In this document: positions 55,910 through 64,000 of the stretch, in pieces | Layout: each line of letters starts with the position of its first letter | Position numbering within the stretch: the first letter of the stretch is position 1 | Origin: a virus | Virus record (IMG/VR): IMGVR_UViG_3300006802_000073 | Coordinates: 85,081-149,080 of that record | Direction: 5' to 3' (one strand) | Length of the DNA stretch: 64,000 nt | Made by a program: the position numbers and the translations under genes | The notes under the pieces: model-generated | The model's input: the letters and a program-made list of their open reading frames with translations, nothing else | Told to the model about the DNA's origin: nothing | Databases searched by the model: none

Positions 55910-56656
55910 TTACCTTTTCAATATAAATTTAGTTCTTGCTTTCAATGTATCAGTTACATTTTCCCAATTCTTACCATTTTTAAAATGATTAAAATTATAC
56001 ACATTTAAAGCATCCAATGCTATTCTTCTTTGCACATCTTCATCATCATGTAGACACATTAAAGTTTTAGAAACTTCACCTATTATCTTATTTGTTTTTA
56101 ACACATAAATGTTTTTACTTTTTTGTACTAGATAATCATCACCATACCAAATTTGATATAGACTAGGTATAACTTTATATGTTTTTCTTTTAGCGAACAT
56201 ACAGGTTCCAAAAGCCCATGCTTGTTCACCTATTGGACGACTCTTTAATACTTCTAATTTGGAAAGTGTATCAGAGTTATAAAATGAATCATCTATATGA
56301 AAATTATCTTCTGTGCCTTTTAAAGCTACTCCAATAAGATCAATATCTGTAATATCAGCCTCTGCTACTAATTTAAAGATATCATCATGAACTATAACAT
56401 CATCACTAAATAATCCTATTATATCAGCTTGTGATCTATAATATCCTTCATTCCATGCTGGATTACAATATATATTTCTACCATAATCTATCAGATTTAA
56501 TTTTTCATGTTTTGGTAGATTTTTTGGGCGATGGTTTCTATTATTATCAATTAAAAATATATTGTTTATATATTCTGATTGTATATAAGAATTGAGAAGA
56601 TCTGTAAAACCATCAACAAACCACATTGTTGGCATAGCAATATCAATTGTATTCAT
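55910..56656 (-). CDS. Putative GT2-like glycosyltransferase
   Basis: LIDN, NIYCNPAWNEG, SDD, IWYGDD. Confidence 0.7.
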   Translation of the reverse strand: MNTIDIAMPTMWFVDGFTDLLNSYIQSEYINNIFLIDNNRNHRPKNLPKHEKLNLIDYGRNIYCNPAWNEGYYRSQADIIGLFSDDVIVHDDIFKLVAEADITDIDLIGVALKGTEDNFHIDDSFYNSDTLSKLEVLKSRPIGEQAWAFGTCMFAKRKTYKVIPSLYQIWYGDDYLVQKSKNIYVLKTNKIIGEVSKTLMCLHDDEDVQRRIALDALNVYNFNHFKNGKNWENVTDTLKARTKFILKR

Positions 56657-57300
56657 TTTATGCTACTTTTAAAATTACCTTTATACATTTTATTACCAAT
56701 ATGTGAAACTGTATGATGTGGATTGACCCAAATAGTATAACCTAATTCAATTATCTTTCTAGATAAAGTTATATCTTCTCCAACAAAAGATCCTTTATGG
56801 AATCCATATTCACATATATTTTTTAGTACTTTATTTCTAAAAAATATCTCGGGGTTGGAGATCCATAAATCTTCTATTACTTTTTTTGAAAGTTTTAGAA
56901 ATCCAGTTCCTGCTTTGTTTGTTTTTATATATCCATCTGTAGAATCAGATTCTGGAGAAGTTGTTTCTAAAAAGATGTTATATTGAATATTTTTATCACC
57001 TTTATTTACTACAGGTAAAGATATAACATCTTTTTCTGATAGAATGATATCAATTAGATATTGTTCATTCCAATATTCATCATCATCAATAAAAACCATA
57101 CAATCATATTGTTCTATATATGCAAGATTGAACAATTCATTCCTAGCCATGGGAAGTATGCTCTCATTGGCTAGGAATACACATTTGATATCTAAATCGT
57201 GTTTTAGTCCAAGTTTTATTGACTCACATAAACTATGAACAAAATAAGCATCAACTTTTTGATCTAAACATGGTGTAGCAATTAATATTTTTTTCATCAA
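56653..57300 (-). CDS. Glycosyltransferase-like protein (GT-A), paralog of 37423-38241
   Basis: IATPC, ES.LP.ARN, FIDDDE, GTGF, GED. Confidence 0.7.
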   Translation of the reverse strand: MMKKILIATPCLDQKVDAYFVHSLCESIKLGLKHDLDIKCVFLANESILPMARNELFNLAYIEQYDCMVFIDDDEYWNEQYLIDIILSEKDVISLPVVNKGDKNIQYNIFLETTSPESDSTDGYIKTNKAGTGFLKLSKKVIEDLWISNPEIFFRNKVLKNICEYGFHKGSFVGEDITLSRKIIELGYTIWVNPHHTVSHIGNKMYKGNFKSSIK

Positions 57301-57312
57301 ATTCTCATTATT

Positions 57313-60300
57313 TTATTTAGTTTCTAATGTATTTATCCTTGTTTTTAATGAGTCAATTTCATTGTTTAATTCTTTGATTGCATTAACTAAAATCGGTATT
57401 AAGTAATCACCAGTTAAACCTAATTTTTCTTCTGATAGATCTGATACTAAGATCTTCTTATCATCTTCTAATTTACGTATTTCTTGTGCTGAAAAACCAT
57501 ATCTACGTTTGTTGTCTGTGATTTCATTAGTTGTTCTATTTTTGAATGAAAATTCAATTGGTGTAATACCTTGTAGAAAACATCTACCATGTGGTACATT
57601 GCCAAAGATATGTTTATCTCTAATATCAGAAACTGTTGTCCAACCAACTTGTATTAATGCATTTGTAATACTAGAATTACCAATTACAACGTGATTGCTT
57701 ACTCCTGCTAGATTACATAGTCCAGTTGTTCCATCACCACCTGCATAATAACCTAATGTAGAATTATTTTCTCCAGTTGTTGCGCTGAGTCCACTATAAG
57801 GTCCTATAAAAGTATTACAATTTCCTGTGGTATTACAATGTCCAGCACAAAATCCAAAAGATGCATTATAAGCCCCAATTGTGTTAAAATATCCAGCATT
57901 AGAACCGATAAAGGTATTATAACAACCTGTAGTATTACAATATCCAGCAGCATTACCATAAAAGTTATTAGCTCCACCTTCGGTATTATACTGTCCAGCA
58001 TTAGAACCAATAAAGTTATTATAACAACCTGTGGTATTAGAACATCCAGCTTGATTACCAATAAAGTTATTAAAATAACCTGTGGTATTAGCATATCCAG
58101 CTAGATAACCAATAAAATTATTATCACTACCTGTGGTATTACAATATCCAGCACTAGTACCAAAAAAGTTATTATCACTACCTGTGGTATTACTATATCC
58201 AGCAAAATAACCAATAAAGTTATTATTTGTACCTGTAGTATTAGAAAATCCAGCATTATTACCAATAAAGTTATTAAAACCACCTGTAGTATTACAATAT
58301 CCAGCACTTGGCCCAATAAAGTTATTAGAACCACCTATGGTATTATAATTTCCAGCACTATAACCAATAAAGTTATTATAATAACCTGAAGTATTACAAT
58401 AACCAGCATTAGAACCAATAAAGTTATTATTACTACCTGTGGTATTTTTATATCCAGCATAAATACCAAAAAAGTTATTACTACTACCTGTGGTATTACA
58501 AAGTCCAGCATAATAACCAAAAAAGTTATTATAACAACCTGTGGTATTATTAGCCCCAGCTTGATAACCCATAAAGTTATTATAACACCCTGAAGAATTA
58601 TCATATCCAGCACAAAAACCAAAAAAGTTATTACAACTACCTGTGGTATTATTATATCCAGTTCCTCGACCAATAAAGTTATTACTACTACCTGTAGAAT
58701 TATAAAATCCAGCCCATAAACCGATAAAGTTATTACAATTACCTGTGGTATTTTTACATCCAGCTAGAAAACCAATAAAATTATTACAAGAACCTGTGGT
58801 ATTAGAAAATCCAGCATAATAACCAAAAAAGTTATTATAACAACCTGTGGTATTACAATATCCAACGTTATAACCAATAAAGTTATTATAACTACCTATG
58901 CAATTAGAACATCCAGCATTCAGACCAAAAAAGTTATTATAACTACCTGTGGTATTACTAGATCCAGCATTATAACCAAAAAAGTTATTACAACTACCTG
59001 TGGTATTAGAAAATCCAGCACAAAACCCAAAAAAGTTATTATAACTACCTGAGGTATTACAATATCCAGCACAACTACCAATAAAGGTATTATAACTACC
59101 TGTAGTATAATATCCAGCTTGATAACCTATAAAACTATTATAGCTATCACCTGTATCAGAATATCCAGCATATGCACCCAAATAACTACCATAACCAGCA
59201 TTATTTCTACCCGCATTAAATCCTACCGCGGTAGTATAGTCACCATATGCAGAATTATAACCCGCACAAGAACCAACAAAAGTATTAAATGATCCGCAAC
59301 TATTGCGTCCAGCTTGAGTACCAAAAAAACTATTATGGCATTCTAACCCGTTTTGTGCAAAACCTGCTTCAAATCCATAAAAAGCACTACATACTGTACC
59401 TGTAGAACACGCACCAGCACAAGAACCAATAATTGTATTATAATTAGCTCCAGATCCACTGGTGCTTCCTGCATTAAAACCTATAATTACATTATCAACA
59501 TTAGTAGAGCTGTCACTAGAAGCGCAATAACCGGCAATAACATTACGACAGCCACAACCTCGTGCAAAATTACCTATAACTGTATTATAATTTCCTGTTG
59601 CGTTTATAAGAGCACATGTACCAGCGGCAAGGTTGTTACTACCCGTGGTTACATTAAGTCCAGCTCGCCAACCAAAAAAGTTATTATAACAACCGTAGGT
59701 ATTATTACGTCCAGCTTGATCACCTATAAAGGTATTATTACTACCTGTAGTATTACCTTCTCCAGCAAAAGTACCTATAAAGATATTATTACTACCTGTG
59801 GTATTAGAACATCCAGCGTTATAACCAAAAAAGTTATTATCACTACCTGTGGTATTACAAGATCCAGCATTAAGTCCAAAAAAGTTATTATAATTACCTG
59901 TGGTATTTTTATATCCAGCACAACTACCAAAAAAGTTATTATAACAACCTGTGGTATTACAAAATCCAGCATTAGAACCAATAAAGTTATTATCAGAACC
60001 GTAGGTATTATTAGATCCAGCATTAACACCAATAAAGTTATTATAAATACCTGTGGTATTATCATATCCAGAACTAGCACCAATAAATGTGTTACAGCTA
60101 CCTGTAGTATTACGATATCCAGCACGATAACCAAAAAAGTTATTATGTGCACCTGAGGTATTACAATATCCCGCTTGAGGACCAAAAAAGTTATTACAAT
60201 CACCTGTGGTATTACAATATCCAGTTTGACAACCAAAAAAGTTATTTAAATTACCTGAAGTATTAGCACATCCAGCTTGATAACCAAAAAAGTTATTAAA

Positions 60301-60933
60301 ATCACCTCCAGTATTACTAGTTCCAGCTTGATAACCAAAAAAGTTATTATTACATGCATTTGTACTACTTAATCCAGCTTGATAACCAATAAATGTGTTA
60401 TTGGTACCATATGAAATTTTGCATCCAGCTTGATAACCAATAAATGTGTTATAGCTACCTGTAGTGGTACATAATCCAGCACTAGTACCAACAAAGAAAT
60501 TGTAGCTGCCAGTAGTTGTAGAACCAGATGTACAGCTAATGATATTATCAGTAGCTGTTACTGAAAAAACTGAAGAACCTCCACCACCACCAGCAGATAT
60601 CTCTACATTAGCTGCTGATGTAATTCTACCTTGTTCATCTACTGTTATAACAGGAACAATAGTTGCATTACCATATGTGGTAGCTGTTACTCCTGTATTT
60701 TCTAAAGTAGTATCGATACTAATTATATTTGTATTAGCTTCTAATAAAACATTAGAAGAACCTGTGATATTACCTGTTAATAATATATTTGCTGCTGGTT
60801 TATTAGTTAAATCATTATAATCTGAAGAACCACCACCACCTACAGTAGAGCCATTAACAAGAAGATCAGTACCATCACTACTTAAAGTAATAGCACTTCC
60901 AGATCCTGTATTATCAATGTTTATTGAACCCAT
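57313..60933 (-). CDS. Tail fibre/adhesin with 14-aa beta-solenoid repeats and C-terminal intramolecular chaperone (peptidase S74-like)
   Basis: Dozens of AG(Y/F)xNTTGxxNNF(F/I)G repeats; SDIRDK...YGFSAQE...LVNAIKEL plus coiled coil. Confidence 0.8.
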   Translation of the reverse strand: MGSINIDNTGSGSAITLSSDGTDLLVNGSTVGGGGSSDYNDLTNKPAANILLTGNITGSSNVLLEANTNIISIDTTLENTGVTATTYGNATIVPVITVDEQGRITSAANVEISAGGGGGSSVFSVTATDNIISCTSGSTTTGSYNFFVGTSAGLCTTTGSYNTFIGYQAGCKISYGTNNTFIGYQAGLSSTNACNNNFFGYQAGTSNTGGDFNNFFGYQAGCANTSGNLNNFFGCQTGYCNTTGDCNNFFGPQAGYCNTSGAHNNFFGYRAGYRNTTGSCNTFIGASSGYDNTTGIYNNFIGVNAGSNNTYGSDNNFIGSNAGFCNTTGCYNNFFGSCAGYKNTTGNYNNFFGLNAGSCNTTGSDNNFFGYNAGCSNTTGSNNIFIGTFAGEGNTTGSNNTFIGDQAGRNNTYGCYNNFFGWRAGLNVTTGSNNLAAGTCALINATGNYNTVIGNFARGCGCRNVIAGYCASSDSSTNVDNVIIGFNAGSTSGSGANYNTIIGSCAGACSTGTVCSAFYGFEAGFAQNGLECHNSFFGTQAGRNSCGSFNTFVGSCAGYNSAYGDYTTAVGFNAGRNNAGYGSYLGAYAGYSDTGDSYNSFIGYQAGYYTTGSYNTFIGSCAGYCNTSGSYNNFFGFCAGFSNTTGSCNNFFGYNAGSSNTTGSYNNFFGLNAGCSNCIGSYNNFIGYNVGYCNTTGCYNNFFGYYAGFSNTTGSCNNFIGFLAGCKNTTGNCNNFIGLWAGFYNSTGSSNNFIGRGTGYNNTTGSCNNFFGFCAGYDNSSGCYNNFMGYQAGANNTTGCYNNFFGYYAGLCNTTGSSNNFFGIYAGYKNTTGSNNNFIGSNAGYCNTSGYYNNFIGYSAGNYNTIGGSNNFIGPSAGYCNTTGGFNNFIGNNAGFSNTTGTNNNFIGYFAGYSNTTGSDNNFFGTSAGYCNTTGSDNNFIGYLAGYANTTGYFNNFIGNQAGCSNTTGCYNNFIGSNAGQYNTEGGANNFYGNAAGYCNTTGCYNTFIGSNAGYFNTIGAYNASFGFCAGHCNTTGNCNTFIGPYSGLSATTGENNSTLGYYAGGDGTTGLCNLAGVSNHVVIGNSSITNALIQVGWTTVSDIRDKHIFGNVPHGRCFLQGITPIEFSFKNRTTNEITDNKRRYGFSAQEIRKLEDDKKILVSDLSEEKLGLTGDYLIPILVNAIKELNNEIDSLKTRINTLETK
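57760..60520 (-). repeat. ~42-bp coding tandem repeat array (fibre 1)
   Basis: Recurrent CCTGTGGTATT / CCAGC / AAAGTTATT elements at ~42-bp period; boundaries approximate. Confidence 0.85.
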
Positions 60934-60942
60934 CTAATTCCC

Positions 60943-63900
60943 CTATGCATATACAACTTCGCTAGTATTTATTGAAGCAACCCATCTAATATTAGTTGAT
61001 GCTGCACCGGTAACAGTTATAGCAAGTCCACCATTTGTAGTATCAGCGGATAATGCAATGCTCCAACTAGTAGCTCCTGCTGTTTTGCTTAATGTATTGA
61101 TATTGTAGCTTCCTAATGTAGTTGCTGCGGCATTTCCATTTCTTATGATAGCACCTTTAATTTCCCATGCAGCATAATCTGATCCGCCAGCAGCTTGTTG
61201 TCTTGCAATAATAGAACCTAAGAATGAATATGCTGAGTTGTCAGGTAAAATGATTTGATTTGTTGCATCTGCTGCACTATTATTAGTAGTTACTACTTCA
61301 GAAGTTGCGTTTATAGTATCTGATCTTAATACATAAGAACCTGTTTGTGCATCTCCATTGCTAGCAAATCTACCAGAAGCAAAACTATATTTACCTTTTG
61401 TTGGTGATGATGATTGGTAACCAATTGCTACAGAATTATCATCTGCAATATCAACTGAATTTCCTATAGCGATTGCATTAGATGCTGTTGTATTATTATA
61501 AGCAGCACAAAAACCGGCGAAGAAATTACAATTACCTGTGGTATTACTATATCCAGCACAAGAACCTATAAAATTATTGTAACAACCTGTAGTATTACTA
61601 TAACCCGTTTGTCTACCAAAAAAGTTATTACAACTACCTGTGGTATTACAAAATCCAGCATAATAACCAGAAAAGTTATTATTACTACCTGTGGTATTAT
61701 AATTTCCTGCAAAAATACCAAAAAAGTTATTATGATTACCTGTGGTATTAAAATATCCAGAATAAAAACCAATAAAGTTATTATAACAACCTGTGGTATT
61801 AGAACGTCCAGCTTGATTACCAAAAAAGTTATTATAACAGCCTGTGGTATTAGCACGTCCAGCACATGCACCAAAAAAGTTATTACAACTACCTGTGGTA
61901 TTAAAATATCCAGCTTGAGAACCTATAAAGTTATTATCACTCCCCGTGGTATTACAATATCCAGTATTCTGACCAATAAAGTTATTATTATTACCTATGG
62001 TATTACAAGATCCAGCAGAATGACCAATAAAGTTATTACAACAACCTGTGGTATTAGAATATCCAGCACATAGACCAAAAAAGTTATTAGCTCCTCCTGT
62101 AGAATTATTATATCCAGCACAATAACCAATAAAGTTATTATAGTTACCTATGGTATTACTATATCCAGCACAAAAACCGATAAAGGTATTATAACAACCT
62201 GTGGTATTACTATAACCCGTTTGTCTACCAAAAAAGTTATTATCATTCCCCGTGGTATTACAATATCCAGCTTGAGAACTAATAAAGGTATTATTTACTC
62301 CTGTGGTGTTATTATATCCAGCTTGATTACCAAAAAAGGTATTACTAGAACCTGTGGTATTTTTATATCCAGCTGCACACCCCATAAAGTTATTAGTAGA
62401 ACCTGTGGTATTACAATATCCAGCACAAGTACCTATAAAGTTATTATTACTACCTGTGGTATTAAAACATCCAGCAAATAAACCAAAGAAGTTATTATTA
62501 TTACCTGTGGTATTACAATATCCAGCTTGATAACCTATAAAGTTATTACAACTACCTGTAATATTATAAAATCCAGCAAGAAAACCAAAAAAGTTATTAT
62601 AACAACCAAATGTATTACTACTTCCAGCTTCTCGACCAATAAAGTTATTACAACTACCTGTGGTATTACAATATCCAGCCTGGAACCCAATAAAGTTATT
62701 ATGGCAACCAAATGTATTACTATCCCCAGCTTCTCGACCTATAAACGTATTATATGAACCAGTAGTGTTACCATAACCAGCACACATACCAGCAAAGAAA
62801 TTGTGAATACCTGTGGTGTTATTATATCCAGCTTGATTACCAAAAAAGTTATTATCACTACCTGTGGTATTACAATACCCAGAATTAAAACCAATAAAGT
62901 TATTATAACTACCTGTAGTAGTACTTAATCCAGCACAAGTACCGGCAAAGAAATTATAGCTACCAGTAGTTGAAGAACCAGATGTACAACTAGCTATATT
63001 ATCAGTAGCAGTAACAGCAAAAACTGAAGAACCACCACCAGCAGATATTTCAACATTAGCTGCTGATGTTATACGACCATCAGAACCTACAGTAAATACA
63101 GGAACAATAGTTGCATTACCATATGTGGTAGCAGAAACTCCTGTTGCATTTAAAGCTGTATTAATAGATAAAATTGTTGAATCTGCTGTTAAAAGAGCAT
63201 TAGCAGAACCAGTTACATCACCTGTTAATAATATATTTGCTGCTGGTTTATTAGTTAAATCATTATAATCTGTTGTACTTTCAGGGAATGAAATAGAAAC
63301 ATTCGCTGCTGTTGTAATTCTACCTTGTGCATCTACTGTTATAACTGGTACAATAGTTGCATTACCATATGTGGCAGCAGAAACCCCAGTATTAGTAAGT
63401 CCAACAGTTATTACATTTCCTTCATCTGCTGTTCCAGTAGCTGTAATACCTGTACCTTGAATAACTCGATCTGTATAAGATCCAGTAGTATCAGTACCTA
63501 AAGCTACACTATCAGCAGCTATTGTAGTTGCTATAGAAATAGTGTTTGAAGCTAAATCCTGTAATGTTGCTGATGCTGAACCAGTTACATCTCCGGTCAT
63601 TGTTACTGTGATTACTGGATCTGGTTTATTAGTTGCATTTGTAAAATCTAAATAATATGTACCCTGTTCTCCATCTAGTAAATCAGCATCTAAAGTAGAT
63701 CCCGTTCCATCAACTTGTAAAATACTACTTAACAAGTTAGTATTAGAAACAGTACCTATGAAAGTACCTACCGATGTAACATTAGCTGCTATAGTAGGAG
63801 TAGCACCTTCACCTGTTAATCCAGTCAATGTAATACCAGACCCCTGAACTAAGTTTGCAACATAAGCTCCAGTAGTATCAGTACCTAAATCAACTGAATT

Positions 63901-64000
63901 GGATGCTATTGTAGTTGCTATAGAAATAGTGTTTGAAGCTAAATCCTGTAATGTTGCTGATGCTGAACCAGTTACATCACCAGTCATTGTTACAGTTACA
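60943..64000 (-). CDS. Tail fibre-like protein with the same 14-aa repeats; 5' end outside the window
   Basis: TGDVTGS and YGNAT.VPV.TVD.QGRIT.AAN fibre motifs; NTTG repeats; frame open to the window edge. Confidence 0.8.
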   Translation of the reverse strand, partial: VTVTMTGDVTGSASATLQDLASNTISIATTIASNSVDLGTDTTGAYVANLVQGSGITLTGLTGEGATPTIAANVTSVGTFIGTVSNTNLLSSILQVDGTGSTLDADLLDGEQGTYYLDFTNATNKPDPVITVTMTGDVTGSASATLQDLASNTISIATTIAADSVALGTDTTGSYTDRVIQGTGITATGTADEGNVITVGLTNTGVSAATYGNATIVPVITVDAQGRITTAANVSISFPESTTDYNDLTNKPAANILLTGDVTGSANALLTADSTILSINTALNATGVSATTYGNATIVPVFTVGSDGRITSAANVEISAGGGSSVFAVTATDNIASCTSGSSTTGSYNFFAGTCAGLSTTTGSYNNFIGFNSGYCNTTGSDNNFFGNQAGYNNTTGIHNFFAGMCAGYGNTTGSYNTFIGREAGDSNTFGCHNNFIGFQAGYCNTTGSCNNFIGREAGSSNTFGCYNNFFGFLAGFYNITGSCNNFIGYQAGYCNTTGNNNNFFGLFAGCFNTTGSNNNFIGTCAGYCNTTGSTNNFMGCAAGYKNTTGSSNTFFGNQAGYNNTTGVNNTFISSQAGYCNTTGNDNNFFGRQTGYSNTTGCYNTFIGFCAGYSNTIGNYNNFIGYCAGYNNSTGGANNFFGLCAGYSNTTGCCNNFIGHSAGSCNTIGNNNNFIGQNTGYCNTTGSDNNFIGSQAGYFNTTGSCNNFFGACAGRANTTGCYNNFFGNQAGRSNTTGCYNNFIGFYSGYFNTTGNHNNFFGIFAGNYNTTGSNNNFSGYYAGFCNTTGSCNNFFGRQTGYSNTTGCYNNFIGSCAGYSNTTGNCNFFAGFCAAYNNTTASNAIAIGNSVDIADDNSVAIGYQSSSPTKGKYSFASGRFASNGDAQTGSYVLRSDTINATSEVVTTNNSAADATNQIILPDNSAYSFLGSIIARQQAAGGSDYAAWEIKGAIIRNGNAAATTLGSYNINTLSKTAGATSWSIALSADTTNGGLAITVTGAASTNIRWVASINTSEVVYA
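61480..62980 (-). repeat. ~42-bp coding tandem repeat array (fibre 2)
   Basis: Same repeat unit as in 57760-60520; boundaries approximate. Confidence 0.85.

Noticed and set aside
57509-62757. Many alternative-frame and plus-strand ORFs (e.g. 59353-60156, 61609-62073) over the fibre genes
   Set aside because: Shadow ORFs produced by the stop-poor 42-bp repeat; low-complexity translations wholly inside real genes
57760-62980. Regular repeats resembling a CRISPR array or DGR template/variable repeats
   Set aside because: Repeats are degenerate, contiguous and in-frame coding with no unique spacers; no cas or reverse transcriptase gene in the window

Overview
A 64 kb segment of a large, AT-rich T4-like (T4-superfamily) myovirus. 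Essentially all real genes are on the minus strand. Read in transcription order (right to left), the window holds: two repeat-rich tail-fibre genes; a glycosyltransferase/sulfotransferase block; the neck-tail-head module (gp13-gp23, with gp67/gp68-like core genes); a Hef-like free-standing endonuclease; gp3, uvsY, uvsW and gp55; a 7-deazaguanine DNA-modification cluster (queE, PRTase, exonuclease, folE, DpdA/TGT-like, DpdL-like, glycosyltransferase, queD, with no queC in the window); gp47/46; an early region with sigma70 promoters and a CobS/CobT-like AAA+/vWA pair; a ~14.7 kb sugar-nucleotide/glycosyltransferase island; gp45/44/62, regA and hsp20; and a tRNA region. Most notable: (1) the QueC-less deazaguanine cluster with an embedded glycosyltransferase and PRTase; (2) a prohead-core ORF built of ~50-58 aa modules separated by a GC-rich repeat conserved at the DNA level (encodes GVAE); (3) a ~250 nt structured ncRNA, a tRNA nested between two halves of another tRNA, and a two-armed tRNA-like RNA; (4) apparent dual 3,6-dideoxyhexose pathways plus possible fibre glycosylation/sulfation. 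All calls come from manual motif recognition; no searches were run.
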